A stretch of DNA of 24,000 nucleotides. Origin: an uncultured Actinomycetota bacterium. GTDB lineage: Bacteria > Actinomycetota > Actinomycetes > Mycobacteriales > Jatrophihabitantaceae. Under the pieces are notes generated by a model. The model was given only the letters and a program-made list of their open reading frames with translations, did no database searches and was not told where the DNA came from. The stretch covers positions 552,645 to 576,644 of the forward strand of contig CAWCVN010000004.1 of assembly GCA_963799045.1 (NCBI GenBank), read 5' to 3'. The translations under genes and the position numbers were made by a program. Below, in pieces: positions 15,466-23,631 of the stretch. The number at the start of each line of letters is the position of its first letter. Positions within the stretch are counted from its first letter, which is position 1.

Positions 15466-17037
15466 TCACAGCCAGCGGTCCAGGCCCGCGTCGGGGCCGG
15501 GCCGGCGGCCCGGCCGCGGCGCCGCGTGCTCGGTCGTGGCCAGGGCGTCCGGGTTCGCCTCGCCCGAGCGGGCCGCGTAGGTGTCGGCGCCCGGCTGTGC
15601 CGTGCCCTGCCCCGAGTTGCCGGTCCCGCCGAGATTCACGTCGACCCCGCTGAACCCGGCGGTGCTGAGCTGGTGGTGCAGTGCCGGCAGGGCGGCCGTC
15701 ACGGCCGCCCGCGCGGCCTGGTCGGCACACGCGACGGTGAGGTTGAGGGTGCCGTTGTCGATGGTCGCGGTGACGTTGACCGCCCCGAGGTCGGCGGGGT
15801 GCAGCTGCACGGTGAGCTGTTGCGTGCCGTCCGGTCCGACCCGCAGGCGGGCGAGCGCGGCGGTCAGGGCGGGCTGCGGATCGGGCACGGCCACTGTGGT
15901 GTCCGCCGGCGCGGTCGCGGTGGCGGGGTTCGTCGTGGTGGTCGCCGCCGGCGGCTGGGTGCCACCGAGCGCGCCGGTGCTCGACGCGTCAGCGGCCGGT
16001 GTGCCGGTTCCGGTGCCGCCGGAGCCGTTGTTGCCCGCCGGCCCGGCGGTTCGGTCGTGTCCGGCGTGGGGCGCGGCGTGGACGCCGAGCGCGGCGGCCT
16101 GAACTCCCGCGGCCGGTGCAGCCGGGGCCGGGGTGCCGGAGTGCTGTGCCGTCTGCTGCCCGGCGGGGGCTGTTGGGCCGGTGGCGACGGCTCGGCCCGA
16201 CGGGGGTGTCTGCCCGGAGCCGGGCTGGTGCGTGCCGCTGCCGGTGCCCGGACCATTCGATGCCGCGGCCGCGGGTGCCACCGTCGGCTCCTGCGCGGCG
16301 GCAGCCAGGCTCGGGGCCGGTGCGCCGCCGGTGGCCGCCGACGCGGGGGACCGGTCGGCATCCGCGGGCGCATCGGGCCCGGCCGCCGCGGCGGCCGCTG
16401 CGGACGACGAGTTCGAGGAGGTGGTGCTGGCGACGGTGGTGCCGCCGGCGGTCGCGATGGTCGCGGTACCCGCGACGGGCGCGGTCCCGACGGCGGGCGA
16501 GGCCTGCGATGCGGTTGCGGCCGCGTCGACGCCGCCTACGGCGCCGGCGGACCCGGCGGAGCCGGCCTTCCCGCTCGTGGTGACGGTGCCCCCGGTCGCG
16601 GGCACCGTCACCACGAGCGCAGCGACGGTGGCCGCGGTCCCCGCCGGCGCGTGGTGGTGCTTGTGGCCGCCGTGCTCGTCGGCGGAGCCGGACGGGTGAG
16701 CTGGCGCGGCGTGGTGGCCGCGCTGAGCGGCCGCACCGTCGTCGGTGCCGGCCGGCGACGACGCCTTGGCCGCCGAGCCGGCCCCGTGGCCGCGCTCCTC
16801 GGCCGAGCGAGACGCGCCTGACTGGGTGCCCGACTGCTGGGTGCCCGACTGCTGGGTGCCCGACTGCTGGGTGCCGCTGCCAGCGCGGGCAAGCACGCCG
16901 GCGAAGTTCTGGTCCGCCGAGGATCCGGACGAGGTCGCCGAGGTCGCCGAGGTCGTCGGGGTCGTGGAGGCCGGCGCTGCCGACCGGGCGGGACTGCTCG
17001 CGAGCTGGATCAGGACTGCGGTCATCTGCTCACGCAC
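15466..17037 (-). CDS. fliK: hook-length control protein FliK
   Basis: Long Ala/Thr/Gly/Pro-rich ruler region. The C-terminal Flg_hook-type domain reads LTVQLHPADLGAVNVTATIDNGTLNLTVACADQAARAAVTAALPALHHQLSTAGF. It lies between fliJ and flgD. The start is GTG at 17037 (8-nt overlap with the upstream gene) or ATG at 17025. Confidence 0.8.
   Translation of the reverse strand: MREQMTAVLIQLASSPARSAAPASTTPTTSATSATSSGSSADQNFAGVLARAGSGTQQSGTQQSGTQQSGTQSGASRSAEERGHGAGSAAKASSPAGTDDGAAAQRGHHAAPAHPSGSADEHGGHKHHHAPAGTAATVAALVVTVPATGGTVTTSGKAGSAGSAGAVGGVDAAATASQASPAVGTAPVAGTATIATAGGTTVASTTSSNSSSAAAAAAAGPDAPADADRSPASAATGGAPAPSLAAAAQEPTVAPAAAASNGPGTGSGTHQPGSGQTPPSGRAVATGPTAPAGQQTAQHSGTPAPAAPAAGVQAAALGVHAAPHAGHDRTAGPAGNNGSGGTGTGTPAADASSTGALGGTQPPAATTTTNPATATAPADTTVAVPDPQPALTAALARLRVGPDGTQQLTVQLHPADLGAVNVTATIDNGTLNLTVACADQAARAAVTAALPALHHQLSTAGFSGVDVNLGGTGNSGQGTAQPGADTYAARSGEANPDALATTEHAAPRPGRRPGPDAGLDRWL
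16820..16876 (-). repeat. 15-bp tandem repeat GACTGCTGGGTGCCC (3 full copies plus one 12-bp copy) inside fliK
   Basis: Units at 16820-16831 (short), 16832-16846, 16847-16861 and 16862-16876. It encodes SGTQQSGTQQSGTQQSGTQSG in the FliK N-terminal ruler region. Confidence 0.85.
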
Positions 17038-18061
17038 CTGCCTTCATCATCGAGGTGATGCTGCGGACGTAGTTCTGGGTCTCGCTGAACGGGGGGATGC
17101 CGCCGTACCGGCGGACTGCTCCGGCGCCGGCGTTGTAGGCGGCGAGCGCGAGCGGTACCGAGTTGCCGAACTGGGTGAGGTCGGAGTGCAGGATCTTGGC
17201 GGCGGCCTCGATCGACTGCCCAGGGTCGAAGGCGTCGGCGTTCAGGCCCGCGGCCGTCGACGGCATGAGCTGCATCAGCCCCTCCGCGCCGGCGGAGCTG
17301 ACCGCGTGTGCGTTGCCGCCGGATTCCTGCTGCGCGACGGCGGCCAGCATGCCGGCCGGCAGGTGGTACTGCGCCTCCGCCGCCGCGAACTGGGGCGCGT
17401 ACGCCGCCACCGAGGAGTTCACGCCGGCCGTGCCGAGCTGCGCGCTGGTGAGGCTGTCCGCCGAGGCCGCGGGCACGATCCGCCGGATCGACGTGGGTGT
17501 CTGGTAGACGTCGGTGATGTGCACCGTCTTGCCGGGCTCGGGGGATTCGATGAGCTTGTTGTCGCCGAGGTAGATCGCGACGTGGTAGGCGGGCTGGCCG
17601 AAGAACAGCAGGTCGCCCGGCTGCGCGTCGGCCAGCGAGGCCACCGCGGTGCCCTGCCTCTGCTGGTCGGCCGCGACCCGGGGCAGGTTGATGCCCAGGT
17701 CCTTGTACGTCTGCTGCACCAGCCCCGAACAGTCCATGCCCGAGCTCGACTCGCCGCCCCAGACATACGGAATGCCGAGGTACTTCTTGGCGTCGGCGAC
17801 GACCTGCGCTCCGGAGACACCGGAACCGGAACCGACGCTGGCGCCGGAACCGATGCTGCCGCCGGACGCGACGGCGAACGCGCTCGCGGTGCCGCCGCCG
17901 GCCGTGGACGATGCGTCGCTCAGCGCGGACGCGAAGTCGGACCCGCTCACCGCGGGCGCGCCGATGTCGGCCTTGATCTGCGCGATGCGGGCCTGCACCG
18001 CGGCCATGTCCGTGCCGATCGCTGCGACGGCCGCCGCACCCGTTGCGGTGGGGGCGGTCAT
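17030..18061 (-). CDS. bifunctional cell-wall hydrolase: NlpC/P60 endopeptidase domain plus SLT lytic transglycosylase domain; presumed flagellar rod-penetration enzyme
   Basis: P60 domain: AKKYLGIPYVWGGESSSGMDCSGLVQQTY...GDLLFFGQPAYHVAIYLGDNKLIESP, with Cys in DCSGL and His in YHVAIY. SLT domain: LAAVAQQESGGNAHAVSSAGAEGLMQLMPSTA...ALAAYNAGAGAV, with the catalytic Glu in QQES. No Sec-type signal peptide is evident. An ATGA overlap joins it to the fliJ stop. Confidence 0.8.
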   Translation of the reverse strand: MTAPTATGAAAVAAIGTDMAAVQARIAQIKADIGAPAVSGSDFASALSDASSTAGGGTASAFAVASGGSIGSGASVGSGSGVSGAQVVADAKKYLGIPYVWGGESSSGMDCSGLVQQTYKDLGINLPRVAADQQRQGTAVASLADAQPGDLLFFGQPAYHVAIYLGDNKLIESPEPGKTVHITDVYQTPTSIRRIVPAASADSLTSAQLGTAGVNSSVAAYAPQFAAAEAQYHLPAGMLAAVAQQESGGNAHAVSSAGAEGLMQLMPSTAAGLNADAFDPGQSIEAAAKILHSDLTQFGNSVPLALAAYNAGAGAVRRYGGIPPFSETQNYVRSITSMMKAGA

Positions 18062-18504
18062 CGCACGCCGCCCCGGTGCTCGCCCGAGCTGTCGCGGTGC
18101 ATGCGCGCGGCGACCTCGTCCAGGTCGCGCTGGGCGTGGGCGGCGGCGCGGGCGAGCTCGGACGAGACGATGCGTTCCTGCAGCTCCTCGGCCCCCTTAC
18201 GGTGCCGCGCGGTGTCGCCGAGGCTCTCACGGTTGCGGCCGACCTCCGACTCGGCCCGCTCGGCCGCCGCCCGGGCGGCGGCGTGCGAGGCGGCGCTCGC
18301 CTGCAGGGCCGCGGCGGCGGCGATGAACGCCGGCAACGACTGCTCGGCATCGGCGTCGATCATCGTGTCGAGCCGCTCGTCGGCGTAGCGCACGCGGGCA
18401 TGCGCGCGCAGCGCCACGCGCTCGGCGGTCGCCAGCTGCTGCTTCGCGGCGTCCTCCTGCAGCTGGCGCGCGCGCACGAGGCTGTCCAGCCACTTCGGGC
18501 TCAC
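18058..18504 (-). CDS. fliJ: FliJ-like flagellar export chaperone/stalk protein
   Basis: 148 aa from GTG at 18504, which forms a GTGA overlap with the fliI stop. It is entirely helical and charged (LVRARQLQEDAAKQQLATAERVALRAHARV...ELQERIVSSELARAAAHAQRDLDE). It lies directly after fliI. The call rests mainly on position, size and composition. Track ORF 18058..19095 over-extends into fliI. Confidence 0.6.
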   Translation of the reverse strand: MSPKWLDSLVRARQLQEDAAKQQLATAERVALRAHARVRYADERLDTMIDADAEQSLPAFIAAAAALQASAASHAAARAAAERAESEVGRNRESLGDTARHRKGAEELQERIVSSELARAAAHAQRDLDEVAARMHRDSSGEHRGGVR

Positions 18505-19829
18505 TGACCGCCTCCGAGCACCTCGGTGAGCTGGGCCCACGCCGCCGTCGACGGACACACCTCGTGCAGGTCCTGCTGCAGGAAACCGGCGATATGCGGC
18601 CACAGGTGCAGCGCGACGTCCGCGTCGGGGTTGGTGCCCTGCACGTAGGCGCCGATCTCGACGAGCTCCTTCACGTCGCGGCGGGCGTCGATCAGCTTGC
18701 GGGCCGCGCGCATCAGCGCCTGCTGCTCGGGGGTCGTGACCGCGCCGGCGACGCGCGAGACCGACGACAGCACGTCGATGGACGGGAAGTGCCCGGAGTT
18801 GGCGAGCTTGCGGTCGAGGGTGATGTGCCCGTCGAGGACCGAACGGGCCGAGTCGGCGATCGGCTCGTTGTGGTCGTCGCCCTCGACGAGGACGGTGTAC
18901 AGGCCGGTGATCGATCCGCTCGCGGAGGCGCCGGCCCGCTCGAGCAGCCGCGGCAGCATCGCGAAGACCGACGGCGGGTAGCCGCGGGTGGTCGGCGGCT
19001 CGCCGACCGACAGCCCGATCTCGCGCTGGGCCATCGCCAGCCGGGTGAGGCTGTCCATCATCAGCAGCACCTCGCGGCCGGTCTCGCGGAACCACTCCGC
19101 GATCCGGGTCGCGACGAAAGCCGCGCGCAGGCGGACCATGGGCGGCTGGTCGGAGGTGGCGACGACGACGACCGCGTTGCGCAGCCCCTCCGGGCCGAGG
19201 TCGTCCTCGAGGAACTCGCGGACCTCGCGGCCGCGTTCGCCGATGAGGGCGAGCACGGTGACGTCGGCCTGGGTGCCTCGGGTGATCATCGACAGCAGGC
19301 TGGACTTGCCGACACCGCTGCCGGCGAAGATGCCCATCCGCTGGCCGCGGCCGATCGGGGTGAGCGTGTCGATCGCGCGCACGCCGAGGGACAGCGGCGT
19401 GTCGACGCGGCGGCGGGTCATCGCGTCCGGCGGGGTCGTGTCGATGCTGGCGCGGCTCATTCCGGCGGGCAGCCGGGTGCCGTCGAGCGGACGGCCCAGC
19501 CCGTCGAGCACACGGCCGAGCAGCTGCTCGCCCACGGCGACGGTCATCGCACGGCCGGTCGCGAGCACCCGGTCGCCGGCGCCGATGCCGGTCATGGCGC
19601 CCATCGGCAGGCAGGTGGCGACCTCCCCGTGCAGCGCGACGACCTCGGCCGGCGTGCGACCGCCGATCAGCACGATGTCACCCACGCGGGCCGGCACCCC
19701 GCGGACGGCGACGGACAGGCCGCGGACCTCGGCGACCTGGCCGGAGACGACGGGCGCCGCGGCGCCGACCGCGTCGTCAATGGTGTGGCGGAGCCGCGCG
19801 ATGCGCGCGTCCGGTGCGGCAGTGCTCAC
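18501..19829 (-). CDS. fliI: flagellum-specific ATPase FliI
   Basis: 442 aa. Walker A is GIFAGSGVGKSSLL and Walker B is VLLMMDSLTRLAMAQREIGL. It has the F1-beta-like layout. GTG start forms a GTGA overlap with the fliH stop. Confidence 0.93.
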   Translation of the reverse strand: MSTAAPDARIARLRHTIDDAVGAAAPVVSGQVAEVRGLSVAVRGVPARVGDIVLIGGRTPAEVVALHGEVATCLPMGAMTGIGAGDRVLATGRAMTVAVGEQLLGRVLDGLGRPLDGTRLPAGMSRASIDTTPPDAMTRRRVDTPLSLGVRAIDTLTPIGRGQRMGIFAGSGVGKSSLLSMITRGTQADVTVLALIGERGREVREFLEDDLGPEGLRNAVVVVATSDQPPMVRLRAAFVATRIAEWFRETGREVLLMMDSLTRLAMAQREIGLSVGEPPTTRGYPPSVFAMLPRLLERAGASASGSITGLYTVLVEGDDHNEPIADSARSVLDGHITLDRKLANSGHFPSIDVLSSVSRVAGAVTTPEQQALMRAARKLIDARRDVKELVEIGAYVQGTNPDADVALHLWPHIAGFLQQDLHEVCPSTAAWAQLTEVLGGGQ

Positions 19830-20635
19830 GCGAGTACCTCGCGCACCCGCGCCAGGCCGGCGCTGAGGCGCGCGTCGATCGCGGTGGCACCACAGGTCGC
19901 GGTGGCGTCACCGGGGGAGAGGCTCGGGTCGACGACGAGGGTGATCGTGCGGGTCAGGTCCAGTTCGGCCTTGCCGTCGAGGACCGCGAAGTCGTCGGGG
20001 CTGACCGCGACGACGACGTCCTCACCGGCAGGAGCCAGGGCGAGCGCCCGCATCAGCGCGGCACGCCCCCGCGTCTCGTCATCACGCAGCGAGGTGCCGA
20101 TGAGTGCCTCGGCGATGGTCAGCGCGGCGGAGACGATGAGGTCCTCGATCTCCTGCGCGGCGGGGACGCTGCGCAGCTCGAGCTCGCCGGCGGCGACGTC
20201 GAGGGCGCCGATCGCGCGGCGCACGTCGGCCGCCTGCTGGGCCGCCGCCTGCCGGCGGTGCGCCTCGGCGGCGTGGAACTCGGCGTCGGAGACCAGGCGG
20301 GCGGCCCGCGCGCCGTGCGACCAGCCGGCGGCGTAGCCGGCGGCCTGCGCGGCGGCACGCGCCGGGGCGAGCACCTCCTCGGGGATGCCGGAGTCGGCGG
20401 CGAGCTGGAACACCGGGGCGGGGGTCGTCTCGCTGTCGGCGGTCAGCGGCTGGAAGCGCGGCGCCGCCGGCGGCGCCTGGGTGCGGACGGTGTGGCTGCC
20501 GAGTGCGCCCAGGTCCGGCAGCTCTACCGCGACCGCAGCCGTAGGTGTGGCGCCGACTGTCGGTCCAGGCGCCCCAGGCTCGGCGACGACAGGAGCCGAG
20601 CCAATAAGCTCATGCGACGAAGGCATCCTCATCAC
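19826..20635 (-). CDS. fliH: flagellar export ATPase regulator FliH
   Basis: Lies between fliG and fliI. The central helical region reads AAQAAGYAAGWSHGARAA...AEAHRRQAAAQQAADVRRA. The C-terminal domain reads DLIVSAALTIAEALIG...VVVAVSPDDFAVL...LVVDPSLSPGDATATCGATAIDARL. The start is ambiguous: GTG 20635, ATG 20632 or ATG 20626. All three overlap the fliG 3' end. Confidence 0.8.
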   Translation of the reverse strand: MMRMPSSHELIGSAPVVAEPGAPGPTVGATPTAAVAVELPDLGALGSHTVRTQAPPAAPRFQPLTADSETTPAPVFQLAADSGIPEEVLAPARAAAQAAGYAAGWSHGARAARLVSDAEFHAAEAHRRQAAAQQAADVRRAIGALDVAAGELELRSVPAAQEIEDLIVSAALTIAEALIGTSLRDDETRGRAALMRALALAPAGEDVVVAVSPDDFAVLDGKAELDLTRTITLVVDPSLSPGDATATCGATAIDARLSAGLARVREVLA

Positions 20636-21713
20636 CCCTCCCGACGACGATCTGGCCCGACTCCTCGAGCTGGCGGATGATGCGGACGATTCCGGTCTGG
20701 GCCTCCTCGACGACGTGCACGCGCACCGGGCCGAGCACCTCGATCTCCTCGGTGAGGTTCTGGGCGGCGCGCTCGGACATGTTGGCGAGCACCCGCTCGC
20801 GCACGATGTCCGGCACGCCCTTGAGCGCGGTGGCCAGGTCGTTGACCTGCACCTGACGCAGCACGAGCTGGATCGCGCGGTCGTCGAGGCTGACGAGGTC
20901 CTCGAACATGAACATCTGGCTGCGGACCTCTTCGGCCAGCTCCGGATCGAGCTGGTCGAGGCCCTCGAGCAGCATCTTCTCGGTGCCGCGGTCGGCCTGG
21001 TTGATGATCTCGACCAGCGGGCGCACGCCGCCGACGGTCGACAGGTCGCTGGCCACGCCGAGCGAGGACAGCCGCCGTTCGAGCGAGGACTCGACCTGGC
21101 GGATCAGGTCGGGAGAGGTGCGGTCCATGACAGCGATGCGGTGGGCCACGCTCGCCTGCAGGTCACGGTTGAGGCCGGCCAGGACGTTGGAGGCGAGCCC
21201 GGCGGGCAGGTGGGCGAGCACGAGCGCGATCGTCTGCGGGTGCTCGTCGGCGAGGAAGGAGACGATCTGCCGGGCGTCGAGGTTCTGCATGAACGCGAAC
21301 GGCAGCTCGACGAAGGTCTTCGCCAGCCGCTCGAGGATCTCGGTGCCGCGCTGGTGGCCGACGGTGGCGAACAGCAGCTCCTTGGCCAGCTCCATGCCGC
21401 CGCGGGTGGTGGTGCCACTGTTGGCCAGCGTGCCGGCGAACTCGCTGATGACCGCGTTGGAGATCTCCGCGGACACGTTGCCCATGCGCGCGATCTCCGT
21501 CGACAGCTCCTCGAGCTCGATCTCGCTGAGGTTGCCCAGCACCCGGGCGGACTCCTCGCGGCCGAGCTGCAGCACGAGGACGGCGGCCTTCTGGCGTCCG
21601 GTCATCCCGCGCAGCGGATCGACGGCCGGGGGAGGTATGACCGGGCGGGGCGCCTCGATCGCCTCGCCCGGCGCCTTCTCGGTCGGCAGCGGGATGACGG
21701 TGGCCTGAGTCAT
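20610..21713 (-). CDS. fliG: flagellar rotor/switch protein FliG
   Basis: ATG at 21713 with AAGGAG upstream. 367 aa. Matching segments: LRGMTGRQKAAVLVLQLGREESARVL, IALVLAHLP, and the torque-helix region RSQMFMFEDLVSLDDRAIQLVLRQV...RAAQNLTEEIEVLGPVRV. Track ORF 20610..23261 (883 aa) is this gene plus a stop-free shadow frame across fliF. Confidence 0.92.
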   Translation of the reverse strand: MTQATVIPLPTEKAPGEAIEAPRPVIPPPAVDPLRGMTGRQKAAVLVLQLGREESARVLGNLSEIELEELSTEIARMGNVSAEISNAVISEFAGTLANSGTTTRGGMELAKELLFATVGHQRGTEILERLAKTFVELPFAFMQNLDARQIVSFLADEHPQTIALVLAHLPAGLASNVLAGLNRDLQASVAHRIAVMDRTSPDLIRQVESSLERRLSSLGVASDLSTVGGVRPLVEIINQADRGTEKMLLEGLDQLDPELAEEVRSQMFMFEDLVSLDDRAIQLVLRQVQVNDLATALKGVPDIVRERVLANMSERAAQNLTEEIEVLGPVRVHVVEEAQTGIVRIIRQLEESGQIVVGRGDEDAFVA

Positions 21714-21718
21714 GGTCC

Positions 21719-23296
21719 TCAGTTCTCCTTGTTCAGCCAGCCGGACAGGATGCGGGCGACGTCGTCGGGCTGCTCCTCGGCCAGGCTGACCAGGGCCCGC
21801 CGCCGCGCGGCGACCTCCTGGACCTCGGTGGCGGTGACCGTCTGCTGTGCCTCGTGCGCCGGCTCGTAGGTGTCGATCGGCTCGCGGAACAGGCCGAAGT
21901 CGTCGTTCGGTTCGGGGTCCGGGTTCTTCTTGCGTCGCCGGCCGGCCAGCCAGGTGCCGAGCACGACGGCCAGCACGAGCGCGATCAGCGCGCCCTGCTT
22001 GATCAGGGAGATCATCTTGGCGTGCGATGCGGCCGCGGCCGCGGCCTTGGCTGCCGCGGCCGCGGCCTTCTGGGCCTGCGACTGTGCCGAGTTGTTGAAC
22101 GGCATGGCCTGGACCGACATCGTGTCGCCGCGCGTGGAGCTGAAGCCGGCGGCGGACTTCACCAGCGACTGGATCGCCGGAACGTTCACGGTCTTCGTGG
22201 TGCCGTTGAGCAGGACCGCGATGGACAGCTGCTTGACCTGGCCCGGGGCGTTCTGCGTGGTCTGCTTCTGCGTGCCCAGCGCGTTGTCCTGGGTGTTGGT
22301 GACCTTCTTGTACTTGCTCGTGCTCTTGCTGCCGGTGGACCCGACTGCGGTGCCGGCGCCGAGCGTGGCGTTGTTGCTGCCGCCGGTGCCGGTGTAGGTC
22401 TCGGTGGTCTTCGACTGCGACAGCGGCGGTGCCTTCTGGCTGTACAGGTAGCTGTCGCTGGTGGTCGTGGTCTGGTTGAAGTCGAGCATCGCGTTGACGG
22501 TGACGACCGCGTTGCCGCTGCCGAGCGAGGCGTCCAGCAGCGCTTGCAGCTTGCTCTGCAGTTGGTTGTCGTAGGCCTGGGTCGCCTGGGACTGCGTGCT
22601 GGTCGCGGTGGCGCTGGTCAGCCCGCTGCCCGGCGCCGCGAGCACGTCGCCGGCCGAGTCGGTGACCGTCACGTCGTTCGAGGACATGTTCGGCACGCTG
22701 GAGCTGACCAGGTAGACGATCGACTGGACCTGCTGGGTGTTCAGCTGCGTGCCGCCGGTCAGCGTGAGCATGACGGCGGCCGTCGGGTTCTGGGTGCCGT
22801 CGTTGAAGACGTTCTGCTGCGGCAGGCCCAGGTGCACGATCGCCGTCTGCACCCCGGACATCGCGTCGATGGTCTTGGCGAGTTCGCCCTCCATCGCCCG
22901 CTGGTAGTCGACCTGCTGCTGGAACTGGGAGGTGGTGACACCCTCCTTGGACAGCAGCGAGTAGCCGGTCTGGTCGGAGTTCGGCAGCCCGGCGGAGCTC
23001 ATGGTGAGCCGGGTGGAGTAGACGTCCGACTGCGGTACGAGGATCTCGGTTCCGGCCTGCGCCAGCTGGTACGGGACCTTCTCGCTGTTGAGCTTGTCGA
23101 CGATCGCGCTGGCGTCGCTCGCGGCGAGGTTGGTGTACAGCGGTGCGTAGGTCGGCTTGGACTTCCAGGTGAAGAACATGACGCCGCCGATCACCAGCGC
23201 GAGCGCGGCGGCGATGGTCACCGCCTTCTGGCCGGCGGAGAAGCCCCGAAAGTCGTTCCACCCGCGCTTGGCGAGTGTCAGCAGCTGGTCTTTCAT
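21719..23296 (-). CDS. fliF: MS-ring protein FliF
   Basis: 525 aa. Matching segments: MKDQLLTLAKRGWNDFRGFSAGQKAVTIAAALALVIGGVMFF, YAPLYTNL...DASAIVDKLNSEKVPYQL, IAVLLNG, and a C-terminal TM helix plus FliG-binding tail (DDVARILSGWLNKEN). Confidence 0.92.
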   Translation of the reverse strand: MKDQLLTLAKRGWNDFRGFSAGQKAVTIAAALALVIGGVMFFTWKSKPTYAPLYTNLAASDASAIVDKLNSEKVPYQLAQAGTEILVPQSDVYSTRLTMSSAGLPNSDQTGYSLLSKEGVTTSQFQQQVDYQRAMEGELAKTIDAMSGVQTAIVHLGLPQQNVFNDGTQNPTAAVMLTLTGGTQLNTQQVQSIVYLVSSSVPNMSSNDVTVTDSAGDVLAAPGSGLTSATATSTQSQATQAYDNQLQSKLQALLDASLGSGNAVVTVNAMLDFNQTTTTSDSYLYSQKAPPLSQSKTTETYTGTGGSNNATLGAGTAVGSTGSKSTSKYKKVTNTQDNALGTQKQTTQNAPGQVKQLSIAVLLNGTTKTVNVPAIQSLVKSAAGFSSTRGDTMSVQAMPFNNSAQSQAQKAAAAAAKAAAAAASHAKMISLIKQGALIALVLAVVLGTWLAGRRRKKNPDPEPNDDFGLFREPIDTYEPAHEAQQTVTATEVQEVAARRRALVSLAEEQPDDVARILSGWLNKEN

Positions 23297-23631
23297 CAGG
23301 CCTGCAGCCCCATGATCGTGTTGAACGCGGTGAGGGCCCTGCTCTGCAGCGAGGTCGCGAGCTGGGTCATCAGCGTGGCCTGGGTGGTGGCGACCGTCAG
23401 CGCGGCCGGGTCAGTCAGCTGGCCGGTGGCCGCCTGCACCGCGAGGCTCTCCGCGTTGGATTGCGCGGCGGAGACCTGGTCGAGGCCCTTGCTCAGCACG
23501 CTGGCGAAGTCCGGCCCGCTGCTACTGCCGGTCACCGGCGTGCCGTCGACGCCGCCGGGGTTGACGATCGAGGTCGGTGCAACGGAGTTGAGCGGCGTGA
23601 TCGCGCCGATCGGCGGAATGGCGACGACCAT
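23296..23631 (-). CDS. fliE: hook-basal body protein FliE
   Basis: 111 aa. Matching segments: FASVLSKGLDQVSAAQSNAESLAVQAATG...TLMTQLATSLQSRALTAFNTIMGLQA. It lies between flgC and fliF, with 1-nt stop/start overlaps on both sides. Confidence 0.8.
   Translation of the reverse strand: MVVAIPPIGAITPLNSVAPTSIVNPGGVDGTPVTGSSSGPDFASVLSKGLDQVSAAQSNAESLAVQAATGQLTDPAALTVATTQATLMTQLATSLQSRALTAFNTIMGLQA

Noticed and set aside
20610-23261. 883-aa minus-strand ORF spanning fliG and most of fliF
   Set aside because: Only the last 367 codons (from ATG 21713, with an AAGGAG RBS) are FliG. The upstream 516 codons are an out-of-frame read through fliF, whose own frame (21719..23296) carries the conserved MS-ring sequence.
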